Shown here: one piece after another, positions 50,324 through 58,511 of the stretch
How the letters are laid out: the number at the start of each line of letters is the position of its first letter
Numbering within the stretch: position 1 is the first letter of the stretch
Virus record (IMG/VR): IMGVR_UViG_3300044680_000280
Span: 186,001 to 250,000 of that record
DNA length: 64,000 nucleotides
Strand: one strand, 5' to 3'
Position numbers and translations under genes: made by a program
The notes under the pieces: model-generated
Seen by the model: the letters and a program-made list of their open reading frames with translations, nothing else
Database searches by the model: none
What the model was told of the DNA's origin: nothing

Positions 50324-50470
50324 CCCTTCCGCGTTCGAGTAGCTATGGCTGAAATTGCTTTGTTCGTTTTGCAGACGAATGCCTTACCACTTGGCGACAA
50401 TCCCCAATGGGGATCGATGGGATTCGAACCCACGAATGCTTGTGAGCCACAACAGAGAAACGCGAGAAGG
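50324..50470 (-). ncRNA. circularly permuted tRNA mimic (YrlA/Y-RNA-like)
   Basis: Order T arm, closed acceptor CGATCCCC-ATT-GGGGATTG, D arm, GCA anticodon arm; enclosed by long terminal stems. Confidence 0.75.
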
Positions 50471-50473
50471 TAG

Positions 50474-50613
50474 AGGGGAGTCCTGGATTCGAACCAGGTG
50501 AGCTTGTAGGAGCTACGAGGGTCCCTTTCTAGGGGGACGAGGTGCAGCGCCGGAATTTTGCCGAAGAAGGCATCTGATTTTTGGTCAGACTGGGACCCAG
50601 TCCCAAACTCCCC
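50474..50613 (-). ncRNA. tRNA-mimic RNA 3 with large variable-arm module
   Basis: GGGGAGT/ACTCCCC acceptor, GGGAC/GTCCC D arm, CCTGG-TTCGAAT-CCAGG T arm. Confidence 0.7.
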
Positions 50614-50670
50614 ATATGTGCTGTAAGGGATCCAGTATTCTTCCTGGTATATCTCCCCTAAGCCCGAGTC

Positions 50671-50699
50671 AATCTACATTGCTTCCCCCGAATCGTCAA
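50671..50699 (-). promoter_or_regulatory. sigma70-type promoter for the tRNA-mimic cluster
   Basis: TTGACG-N17-TAGATT. Confidence 0.6.
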
Positions 50700-50717
50700 G
50701 CCGAAAAGTGAACTTTT

Positions 50718-51293
50718 TCAAATGACGAGAAGGCTCGAGGGACTGATGCTGTACCCGACCTTCTTGCCCTTGGTCAAAAACACCTTGGCCGCGTGGGCGA
50801 GATAGGACGAAACGATGGAGATGAACGGAAGGTGCTCCCCGTCCTCGCAGGTTGCCCCGCCGACAGAGCCCTCATCGTCGATGACGAATGACTCGTCCCA
50901 GACGACCCGGCCGAACTCACCGTTAGCGGAAAGAGCTCCGTGCAAGCACGGGATGCCCTGCTTGCGAACGTAGCCCTGAATGATCCGGCGACCTTCCCCG
51001 TTGTCGAGGCAATCGACAACAAGACTCGAACCCCCGAGGAGCGCATGAACGTTGTCGGCGATGAGCTTATTTGGGTTTTGCTCGATCTTGCGAGCGAAGA
51101 GAAAATGCATCGTCTGCGCGAGAGACTGAACCTTCAGCTTGCCGACGCTCGACTTGCCGTGGAACTGGCTCTGCGTGTTCTTCTGCTCCACGCGATCCAT
51201 GTCGATGACGAGAAGAGTCGCGTCCACGTTTCGAAGAAGCTGGACGGCGTGGGACCCGAGAGCCCCAACGCCGACGATGGTGACGCGCCCCAT
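50718..51293 (-). CDS. ThiF/E1-like adenylating enzyme
   Basis: IVGVGALGS, DMDRVEQKN..SQ, VVDCLDN, candidate catalytic ATCE. Confidence 0.88.
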   Translation of the reverse strand: MGRVTIVGVGALGSHAVQLLRNVDATLLVIDMDRVEQKNTQSQFHGKSSVGKLKVQSLAQTMHFLFARKIEQNPNKLIADNVHALLGGSSLVVDCLDNGEGRRIIQGYVRKQGIPCLHGALSANGEFGRVVWDESFVIDDEGSVGGATCEDGEHLPFISIVSSYLAHAAKVFLTKGKKVGYSISPSSLLVI

Positions 51294-51294
51294 C

Positions 51295-51582
51295 TCAGAC
51301 GGAGCCGAAGGGGGTTTTCGGTCGGAGATGGATGAGCTGAAAGGGCCGAACGTCGTTCGGAGCGAAACGGTCAACGACGTAGTCGGTGAAGTTTGCGTTC
51401 GCGTCGGCATTGATCCCCGGGACGGTGCCCGTGCGGACCGCTTCCGAGACGAGCCGCCTGACTTCCGTGTCCGACGAATCGAACGGAATCGGAGATACGA
51501 GGTCTCCCGTCTGACCTGCCCACGTCACGTTGACGCGCGCCTCGTGTGCGAGCACTTCCTGGTAAACTTGAACTTGGTCCAT
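51295..51582 (-). CDS. ubiquitin-like (beta-grasp) protein
   Basis: 95 aa between JAB and E1; C-terminus LRPKTPFG-SV. Confidence 0.65.
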   Translation of the reverse strand: MDQVQVYQEVLAHEARVNVTWAGQTGDLVSPIPFDSSDTEVRRLVSEAVRTGTVPGINADANANFTDYVVDRFAPNDVRPFQLIHLRPKTPFGSV

Positions 51583-51600
51583 GGTCTTTCTCCTCTCATC

Positions 51601-51990
51601 TCATTGCCCGCGTTGCTGCGAGCGAAGTCGTAGTTCGTCGATCCACGTGTACCGTAGAGATTCACGCGGAGAGAATATCGTGTAGTCGTAAGGTCCGGGA
51701 CCTTCCCACCGTGCGAGTATGTACCGATCCGCACTGGTAATCCACCAAAAAAGGCGGATGCCGAGACCGAGTTCCACGGCCGAAAAAGTTGTGAGGTCCG
51801 TCCCCGACGGTTCGGGGATCCCGCTGCCAGGATGACTGTGCGCGAAACCCGAAAGGTTGTGCCGGTTTTCCCAGAGCACATCCCAAAGGTCGCGGCTGTC
51901 GGCAAGATGAGTCGGTCCTCGGTCTAAAGGCTCGTGCCAATAGATCGGTTTCCTATCGAGATCGACAACAACGCCCGCTTCAATAGACAT
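51601..51990 (-). CDS. JAB/JAMM metallo-isopeptidase
   Basis: N-terminal Glu (IEAG) and HSHP...PSGTD. Confidence 0.85.
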   Translation of the reverse strand: MSIEAGVVVDLDRKPIYWHEPLDRGPTHLADSRDLWDVLWENRHNLSGFAHSHPGSGIPEPSGTDLTTFSAVELGLGIRLFWWITSADRYILARWEGPGPYDYTIFSPRESLRYTWIDELRLRSQQRGQ

Positions 51991-52032
51991 GGCACGCTTC
52001 TTTCATTCGTCGTCAAGTCATCTCACTCCCCG

Positions 52033-52950
52033 TCAACGAAAGACGACGAGAACTCCCAGAGCTTGAGCCTCCAAGATTACACCGGGAAGTGATTCGAGCG
52101 TAAAGAGGCGGTCGTTCTCTCGCCCAGCGAGGCAGACGCCCGCGTCAACGATCCGTAGGTTCATGTCGCAGACACACTCGAATCGTCGGGCGGAAAGACG
52201 AAATGTAACGATCATCTCCCCACGGTTCGTGCTGTTGTGATGGTCCAGGTATTCAGCTCCCCCGACGGCAAGAGCGGAACGAGCTGCCTCCCCGAAGTCG
52301 AGCCGTGCCGCCTCGCGGCGACCGACCGAGCTTCCGAGCTGGCCAAAAATCCTCTGACGTTCTTCCTCACGTACTCGACGCTCTTCTTCCTCTCGAGCGA
52401 TACGAGCAAGTTCTTCGCGGCGCCTCTGGGCTTCGAGCCGCTGGTAGACCGCCATGCGAAAGGAGGCATCCAACGCAGGTGGAACCCCACGAATGTTGTC
52501 CACAGACGTGATCCCGTCCTGAAAAGCGCGGTTGACGTCATCCTCGAGACCAAGGGGCATCTCCTGGTTGGCGTAAATGAGTGATCCGTCCTCGTACATA
52601 CGACCCACTCGAACACGAGCAAAACGATCGAGCCCGAGTTCGATCAGATGAACCTGCTCTGACTGACGGGCAATGTCCTCGGGAGATGGGTTGCACGGAG
52701 CATCGTCTACCACGAAGCGATCTCCAACAAGGTATCCCGTGTAGGTCTTACCGAGTACCTCGGGAGATGGATCGCACGGACCATCGATCCGGGCCTCTCG
52801 GTTCTTCAACCGAAAACGAAACCACCCAAACTCCCGAGGCAGTCGACCCTGAATGTTCCACGTACGAGCGTTGAGGCGGAGGACCCGTCCACCGACCCAA
52901 GGCGAGACGAGAGTCTCATCCTCAGTTTGCAGTAGGTCTTTCCACCCCAT
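52033..52950 (-). CDS. putative E2-like protein with coiled-coil linker
   Basis: C-terminal IVDAGVCL resembles the E2 G-x-V/I-C-L active site; operon context. Confidence 0.5.
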   Translation of the reverse strand: MGWKDLLQTEDETLVSPWVGGRVLRLNARTWNIQGRLPREFGWFRFRLKNREARIDGPCDPSPEVLGKTYTGYLVGDRFVVDDAPCNPSPEDIARQSEQVHLIELGLDRFARVRVGRMYEDGSLIYANQEMPLGLEDDVNRAFQDGITSVDNIRGVPPALDASFRMAVYQRLEAQRRREELARIAREEEERRVREEERQRIFGQLGSSVGRREAARLDFGEAARSALAVGGAEYLDHHNSTNRGEMIVTFRLSARRFECVCDMNLRIVDAGVCLAGRENDRLFTLESLPGVILEAQALGVLVVFR

Positions 52951-52968
52951 TTTCGCACCCCTGTCGAC

Positions 52969-54834
52969 TCAGGAAGCCCAAACGGGCTTCTCGAGTAGTT
53001 TTGTACGCAAAATTTCGTCAATCAGTGTCACACGAACGACAGGGGTCGACCGTGTTGTTTGTCCGACCGGCGTCGAGCTGACGAGAGCTCGAATCGTACG
53101 AGGAATCGCGTACGGATCCGCAAAGATCCGTTCGTCGATCATGAGACACGGAATTCCGAGAGCCGCGGCCGCACTCGTAATGGCCCCGTAGTTCTCTCCC
53201 GGCACTTCCAGCCACCCGAAGGCGACAGGATTGATGCCCGTGGTTCGAACGGCCGAAACGAACTTCGTCACGTCGCGCTCCCCACCGTCGCCGACGAAAA
53301 GGAAAATGGCATCCTCGTCAGCCCCGGGCTTCAGGTCGTTGAGCACTCGAACGCCCTCCGAGTGCAAGGTGCCGCCGTTTGCCCTGATGTTGAGGAAGGC
53401 GTTCTCGACGCCCGCCGTCGACGGATGACGAATGGTTACGATTCGTCCGACCGTGTTGAAGACCACGACGTGCAGTTTTTCGAGGGGAAACCCCTGAAGA
53501 AACCGACTGATGTAGGTCTTCGCGACCTGGATCGAAGTGTGCATCGATCCAGAGATGTCGACAATGACGTAGATGACGAGGCCCTTGACCGCCGCTGCGA
53601 CTTCACGTTGAAGCGCCTGGTCGGACGCCTCGACGAGCTTCTCAGCAACCTCTCTCGACTTGACGCGGAGGGCAATGTTCGCCGCCCTCATGTCCGTCGC
53701 CGTCTTCATCGCCTGCTCCCAACGAGCCTTGACCGTGGAGTCCTCGAGCAGTCCGAGCTCCTCGATCGTCGGAGTCAAGATACGAATGTCCTTGTCGGAC
53801 AAAGATCCGGCCTCGATGGAAGCCGCCATGATGGCGCGCGTGATGCCCATCTTCGGGGGAACGAGACCGCAGATGCGCTTGTAGTCGGGTCGATCCTTGA
53901 GGATGCGTTGGCAAATCTCGACTTCCGTCAGACCCTCCCACGATTCAGCGGGAGCAACATCCTGCCCGATGCGCATGACGCGGCGACCGTCCTTCGCCTG
54001 AGCCTGCTTCCAGCGAAGGATCTCGAAGAACGATGGCTTGGCGGGACGGTACCCGACGCGCCGAGCGAGCTCCATGACCGTTCGACGGTAGCCCTTTTTG
54101 ACGAGGCCCTGAAGGAGCTTCGGGTTTTCCTCGCGATAGAGCAGCCACTTGGTGACCGCCTTCTCCCAACGACCGAGGAAGGGAGTCCGCGCCGACTTGC
54201 CGAACCCAAGCTCACGGTTAATCGCCGCGACCTGGGGAAGCGTGAGGATCTCGTAGATGCGAACGAGGTCCTTGGCTCGGAGCGCGTGCTCGTCCTTGCT
54301 CGAGTACGTCAGAAGCATCGCCTCACCGACGTCCCGGAAATCTTCGTCGTGGAAGAGAACCTTCCCACCGTCGACGATCGGGTCACCCTTACGGTTTTGG
54401 ACGAGCATGAACGCCGCGAGGATGTCCTTGAGGTCGCGGTGCTCCTTGGTGAACTGGTAGCTCGCCCAACGTGCGGCGAACTCACTGTCCAGCTTCCAGA
54501 CCTCGGCGACCTGGCCATACATCCACGCAACGACCTCGGGAAAGAGCCCCGCCGGACGGTAGTGACTGACGACCTGACCGCGTTCGTTCCTGATCTCGCC
54601 GTTCTCGGCAAGGATACCGACACGAACTTTGACCGTCTTTTTGCCAGCCTTGTCGAGGCGATAAACGACCTTTTGCCCGTCTTCGACCTTGTGCGTCACG
54701 GGCTCCCAACGAACGCCGACGTTGAAGCGCGCGTCCGGAACGATTTGGCCCGGTCTGTTGTGCACCGCGTGGTCTTGGTACGTCAAAAGGGCTTGGATGA
54801 TTCGATCCGCTGCTCCCAGGTTTTCGTTGTTCAT
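52969..54834 (-). CDS. TROVE/Ro60-like helical domain plus C-terminal vWA
   Basis: vWA MIDAS DISGSM, GGT, VGDG; helical N-region with MELARRVGYRP and SWE recalling TROVE motifs. Confidence 0.6.
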   Translation of the reverse strand: MNNENLGAADRIIQALLTYQDHAVHNRPGQIVPDARFNVGVRWEPVTHKVEDGQKVVYRLDKAGKKTVKVRVGILAENGEIRNERGQVVSHYRPAGLFPEVVAWMYGQVAEVWKLDSEFAARWASYQFTKEHRDLKDILAAFMLVQNRKGDPIVDGGKVLFHDEDFRDVGEAMLLTYSSKDEHALRAKDLVRIYEILTLPQVAAINRELGFGKSARTPFLGRWEKAVTKWLLYREENPKLLQGLVKKGYRRTVMELARRVGYRPAKPSFFEILRWKQAQAKDGRRVMRIGQDVAPAESWEGLTEVEICQRILKDRPDYKRICGLVPPKMGITRAIMAASIEAGSLSDKDIRILTPTIEELGLLEDSTVKARWEQAMKTATDMRAANIALRVKSREVAEKLVEASDQALQREVAAAVKGLVIYVIVDISGSMHTSIQVAKTYISRFLQGFPLEKLHVVVFNTVGRIVTIRHPSTAGVENAFLNIRANGGTLHSEGVRVLNDLKPGADEDAIFLFVGDGGERDVTKFVSAVRTTGINPVAFGWLEVPGENYGAITSAAAALGIPCLMIDERIFADPYAIPRTIRALVSSTPVGQTTRSTPVVRVTLIDEILRTKLLEKPVWAS

Positions 54835-54939
54835 GGTTCTGATCCGATCTTCGGCGCTAGGCCGTCCTCATGGTTACACCGACCCGGTGAATGTCCAGAA
54901 GAATTTCGGGACCGAGTTGTGTCGGCGTTTACTGCAAGT

Positions 54940-55015
54940 TGGGGTGGGCGAGGAGGATCGAACTCCCGCTAACTGGGTCACATCCAGCCGTGCAGACCAC
55001 TACACTACGCTCACC
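54940..55015 (-). tRNA. tRNA-His(GTG)
   Basis: G-1, C73, CCA. Confidence 0.88.
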
Positions 55016-55046
55016 ATATCTTCTTCGAGCCTAGTATCCTCGACAA

Positions 55047-55124
55047 TGGTCAGGACGGCGGGACTCGAACCCGCGAAAAAACCTGCTCCCAAAGCAGGCG
55101 CACTAGCCGCTATGCGACGTCCTG
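55047..55124 (-). tRNA. tRNA-Pro(TGG)
   Basis: Cloverleaf with CCA. Confidence 0.88.
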
Positions 55125-55125
55125 G

Positions 55126-55201
55126 TGGTTCCGGGTGGAGGAATTGAACCCACCATAGGCGGAGTCAAAGGCCGCCGTCCTAGCCATTGGACGAACCCGG
55201 A
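55126..55201 (-). tRNA. tRNA-Gln(TTG)
   Basis: Cloverleaf with CCA. Confidence 0.88.
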
Positions 55202-55202
55202 G

Positions 55203-55279
55203 TGGTGGGGCACAAGAGACTCGAACTCGTTCGCAGAAACTTTATCAGAGTTTCCAGGGCAACCCGCCCGTCGTACCCC
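55203..55279 (-). tRNA. tRNA-Ile(GAT), atypical D arm
   Basis: Loop CTGATAA, CCA. Confidence 0.78.
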
Positions 55280-55302
55280 ATTGATCTATCTACATTATTC
55301 AG

Positions 55303-55387
55303 TGCTCAAGAAGGGACTCGAACCCTTACGTCCTTTCGAACACAGCGACCTCAACGCTGCGTGTCTACCAAATTCCACCACCTGAGC
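55303..55387 (-). tRNA. tRNA-Leu(GAG)
   Basis: Class II cloverleaf. Confidence 0.92.
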
Positions 55388-55432
55388 ATTCGTGTAAGTG
55401 ATAAAAGGTAAGTATTCGTGTACAGTATAAGA

Positions 55433-55615
55433 ATGTGGTCTTACGTCCGCAAAGGAATTGCCCTCGTCTTACGAATCGTCGGACTCGCAAACCTGGTTAC
55501 GGGAGTGGCAACGCTGGCCCTTGCGTTCGTAGTGGATCCCCTGACATCAAGTCCTGATCCTTGGCGCAGCAATCAAAAAGCCCCTCCCGAGGGGGAGCCC
55601 TCGAAGTCGGAGTGA
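55433..55615 (+). CDS. small membrane protein
   Basis: One TM segment; CGTGTA-N10-ATG. Confidence 0.55.
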   Translation: MWSYVRKGIALVLRIVGLANLVTGVATLALAFVVDPLTSSPDPWRSNQKAPPEGEPSKSE

Positions 55616-55875
55616 CCTCGAATCACGGCCCTAAGCCTCTTTGCCTCCACGAGGAGCTCCGCGTGCGTCAGCTTGTCGAGATCGTCGTCGGGTCCCGGCG
55701 GCGGGACATTGACACGGCACTTCTCTTGCCAGTCCGTGTAACCCTCGCACGTAACCCACGTGCTGACGTACCGACCAGTGTTCCTTTCCCGAAGGGTTTG
55801 GCACCCGCAGTACTGGCATTTCACCCGAAGAATGTCCTGACTGATCCATTCGTCCTCGAGCCAAATGTGGAGCAT
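55573..55875 (-). CDS. small zinc-ribbon protein
   Basis: CQYCG...TCEGY...C; GGTGTA-N10-ATG. Confidence 0.65.
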   Translation of the reverse strand: MLHIWLEDEWISQDILRVKCQYCGCQTLRERNTGRYVSTWVTCEGYTDWQEKCRVNVPPPGPDDDLDKLTHAELLVEAKRLRAVIRGHSDFEGSPSGGAF

Positions 55876-55942
55876 GGACGATGATTACACCGAACGCTCT
55901 ATTTCGCCTGCGTTTCCGACTACCCCGGTGTAGTGTGTAATT

Positions 55943-56464
55943 ATGTTCGCGTTGTTTGCTGCGATAGGCACATTTCTGTACGGAACGCTCGCAGGGTGGG
56001 GAATTCACAAAGCAATACACCAGCGATGGGCGGGTCGATTCTACCGAGCCCATATGACACACCACGTCAAACTTTATCCTCCGCTCGACCTCGTGTCAGA
56101 AAAATACCGCAGCGCGGGCAAGGACAATTCGAACCTGGTTTTCATCCCCGCGATTACCGTCGCGTTCGCGGCACTCGAGTTCCTCATGTGGAAGATCGGC
56201 GCCTCAGTCGGCACTCTCGTCATGTTGGTGATCGAGGGCATCATCATAGGAGCACTGCACGACCTCATGCATACGTGGTTTCACTTGAGCGGAACTCGAC
56301 TGCTCAAATACGAGTGGTTCCAGAGGTTGAAGCGTTATCACTTCTACCATCATCATCACATGCAGCAAAACTTCGGAATCATCTGGTTCGGTTGGGACCG
56401 CGTATTCGGAACCTTTCGGAACCGAGGGCGGTTGGTGGGACAGACGGGAGTCGAACCCGCTTAG
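55943..56464 (+). CDS. fatty-acid hydroxylase/sterol desaturase-family membrane protein
   Basis: His boxes HKAIH, HMTHH, HDLMHTWFH, HFYHH; NFG...WDRVFGT. Confidence 0.85.
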   Translation: MFALFAAIGTFLYGTLAGWGIHKAIHQRWAGRFYRAHMTHHVKLYPPLDLVSEKYRSAGKDNSNLVFIPAITVAFAALEFLMWKIGASVGTLVMLVIEGIIIGALHDLMHTWFHLSGTRLLKYEWFQRLKRYHFYHHHHMQQNFGIIWFGWDRVFGTFRNRGRLVGQTGVEPA

Positions 56465-56702
56465 GACACGCAAAGGTTTCAATTAGGTAAACGCGCTTCC
56501 TTCCCTTGGCAGTTTGCGGCCAGGCCCTCGAGAGTTACCCCGCGAGGCAAGAGTCAGTGCATCCGCAACCTCGAGACCAATTCACGGCGGTAGAGGTCAA
56601 CCCGAGACTCGCCCTGTTGACATGTGCCACCGCTACTCCGCGTCCCCCGCAAAGGGGTACCGTGCCGTTTTTACGATCGCCTTTCCGTCAGGCTCCTGTC
56701 CC
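56433..56702 (-). ncRNA. 270-nt RNA with tRNA termini and structured insert of about 200 nt
   Basis: GGGACAG/CTGTCCC-A-CCA acceptor, GCCT/AGGC D arm, GCGGG-TTCGACT-CCCGT T arm. Confidence 0.7.
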
Positions 56703-56711
56703 AAATCTTCG

Positions 56712-56786
56712 TCCGTGTGAGAGGATTCGAACCTCTGACCCCTTGCTCCCGAAGCAAGTGCGCTAACCAGACTGCGCTACACACGG
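56712..56786 (-). tRNA. tRNA-Pro(CGG)
   Basis: Canonical cloverleaf. Confidence 0.92.
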
Positions 56787-56812
56787 GTGATACTTTACGC
56801 CGACTGAAAAAA

Positions 56813-56889
56813 TGGGAGCGGGATCTGTGTTGCACCAGAATCGCTCGGCTTATGAGACCGAACCGAGAACTATGTCTACTCTTCCCGCG
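56813..56889 (-). tRNA. tRNA-Met(CAT), initiator-like but degenerate
   Basis: CGCGGGA 5' end with 1:72 mismatch, CTCATAA loop, variant T loop TGCAACA. Confidence 0.6.
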
Positions 56890-56890
56890 G

Positions 56891-56963
56891 TGACCAGTAG
56901 AGGAATCGAACCTCTGACGCGGAGTGCTTCAAACTCCCGCTCTACCATCTGAGCTAACTGGCC
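56891..56963 (-). tRNA. tRNA-Phe(GAA)
   Basis: Canonical cloverleaf. Confidence 0.9.
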
Positions 56964-57015
56964 GTGTGTAACTTTGGTGACACCTCGGGCTCTCCCCGCG
57001 GTGTAAGAATCGTAC

Positions 57016-57639
57016 ATGAGGCTAAGAAATTGGTGGCGGCTGGTCCGCACCGTAGTGGCATTGAACGTGCTTGCGTGCCGTCCAGCTCAAGCTCCGGACT
57101 ACAATCATCAGTTCAGAAGGTTCGTCATCTACGTCGACAACGCCCTCCCCCTCAAGTGGATCAAGAAGGGTGCCGACGATTGGACAAGGGTCACGGGAGA
57201 CGTCTTCACGCTCGTTCCAACCGAGCACGAAAAGGCGATGGTGCTCTCCCTCTCAACGTGGTCCAGCGACATTCTGGTCATGGTCGACGCCAGCGAACTA
57301 GATGGTGCAATCTGCGAACCGTCGAACCTCGCGTGCTTCACGAGAAGTACGGTTTACATGTTCCCGGACAGGATCATGAAAGATCATCCGTCGCACCCGT
57401 ACTTAGGCTCCCGTTACTACGGCGCCGGCGCGAACAACGGAACATGGTCTCAGGTTCCGGCACACGAAATCGGCCACTTCCTCGGACTGGACCACATCGA
57501 AACCCGACCATCGGTCATGGGCCCCAACACGGGCGTCTCAACCGAAGCCCCAACCGAAGAAGACGGGGCACTTGTCATACAAAAGAGGTTGCATCCTCCG
57601 AAAGTGGCTCAACGCGTCATCGTAGTAAGCCAACCGTAG
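57016..57639 (+). CDS. matrixin-like (metzincin) metallopeptidase lipoprotein
   Basis: Lipobox VLAC; HEIGHFLGLDH plus Met-turn SVM. Confidence 0.85.
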   Translation: MRLRNWWRLVRTVVALNVLACRPAQAPDYNHQFRRFVIYVDNALPLKWIKKGADDWTRVTGDVFTLVPTEHEKAMVLSLSTWSSDILVMVDASELDGAICEPSNLACFTRSTVYMFPDRIMKDHPSHPYLGSRYYGAGANNGTWSQVPAHEIGHFLGLDHIETRPSVMGPNTGVSTEAPTEEDGALVIQKRLHPPKVAQRVIVVSQP

Positions 57640-57711
57640 TGACCCCAGCCGGATTCGAACCGAGCGTGCGCCCCTTGAAAGGGGGCTATCCTGCCTCTAG
57701 ATGATGGGGCC
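57637..57711 (-). tRNA. tRNA-Glu(TTC)
   Basis: Cloverleaf, bulged T stem. Confidence 0.85.
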
Positions 57712-57718
57712 AAATTAC

Positions 57719-57793
57719 TAGTGACCCCACGGGGAGTTGAACCCGCGATTGTCCGGTTGAGAACCGAGTGTCCTACCGTTAGACGATGGGGCC
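57719..57793 (-). tRNA. tRNA-Glu(CTC)
   Basis: Cloverleaf. Confidence 0.88.
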
Positions 57794-57812
57794 GTGGTGT
57801 ATCTATAAGCGT

Positions 57813-58511
57813 ATGAAAAAAGTCTACCTGGCGGGACCGGACGTTTTTTGGCCGGAACCCGAAAAGCTTGCTGGAGAAATGAAACGAATATGCCTCGATG
57901 CAGGATTCGAGGCTGTGTTCCCGCTCGACGCCACCATCACCTTTGAGAAGGATGAGTTGGGCCCGAGCAAAGCGAGAAAAATCTTCGAGGCGAACACGGC
58001 GCTCATCCGTTCTTGCCAGGGGGTCCTCGCCAACATCCAACCGTTCCGAGGTCCGTCCCTCGACGTAGGAACCGCCTGGGAAATGGGTTACGCACACGCA
58101 CTGGGAAAGCCCGTCGTTGCCTACTGGTGCGGAGAGTACGATTACAAGGACAAGGCCCTAGAATACCTTGACCTGGAAGAGAAGGACCTGAAGGACGGAA
58201 GAGACTGGGATGGGGTCCTCATCGAAGACTTTGGGCTGTCGGATAATCTCATGCCCATCTGTGGATCGTTCAAAGTGTTCGACAAACGGAGCACCGCCGT
58301 CGAGCAGATGGCCGACCTTCTGAAAAAAGAAGCTCCGTACCGATCGGCCGAAAGGGACGCGAAAGTGGCGGGTCCGAACGACCAATGCTGGATCGACCGC
58401 TACGAGATGGGAGAACCGCCGTGGTACGGACCGCCTAAGGAGCCGGATCGCATATGTGAACTCGGCACACGTGGGTGCATCATCGGTCACACGATGAAGA
58501 CGGCTACCTGA
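57813..58511 (+). CDS. nucleoside 2-deoxyribosyltransferase family protein
   Basis: VYLAGPDVF, DVGTAWEMGYAHALGKPV, NLM. Confidence 0.9.
   Translation: MKKVYLAGPDVFWPEPEKLAGEMKRICLDAGFEAVFPLDATITFEKDELGPSKARKIFEANTALIRSCQGVLANIQPFRGPSLDVGTAWEMGYAHALGKPVVAYWCGEYDYKDKALEYLDLEEKDLKDGRDWDGVLIEDFGLSDNLMPICGSFKVFDKRSTAVEQMADLLKKEAPYRSAERDAKVAGPNDQCWIDRYEMGEPPWYGPPKEPDRICELGTRGCIIGHTMKTAT

Noticed and set aside
56433-56702. Group I intron-containing tRNA or second tmRNA
   Set aside because: No recognisable P/Q/R/S elements, no clean spliced anticodon stem, no G3:U70 or tag; kept as unknown ncRNA
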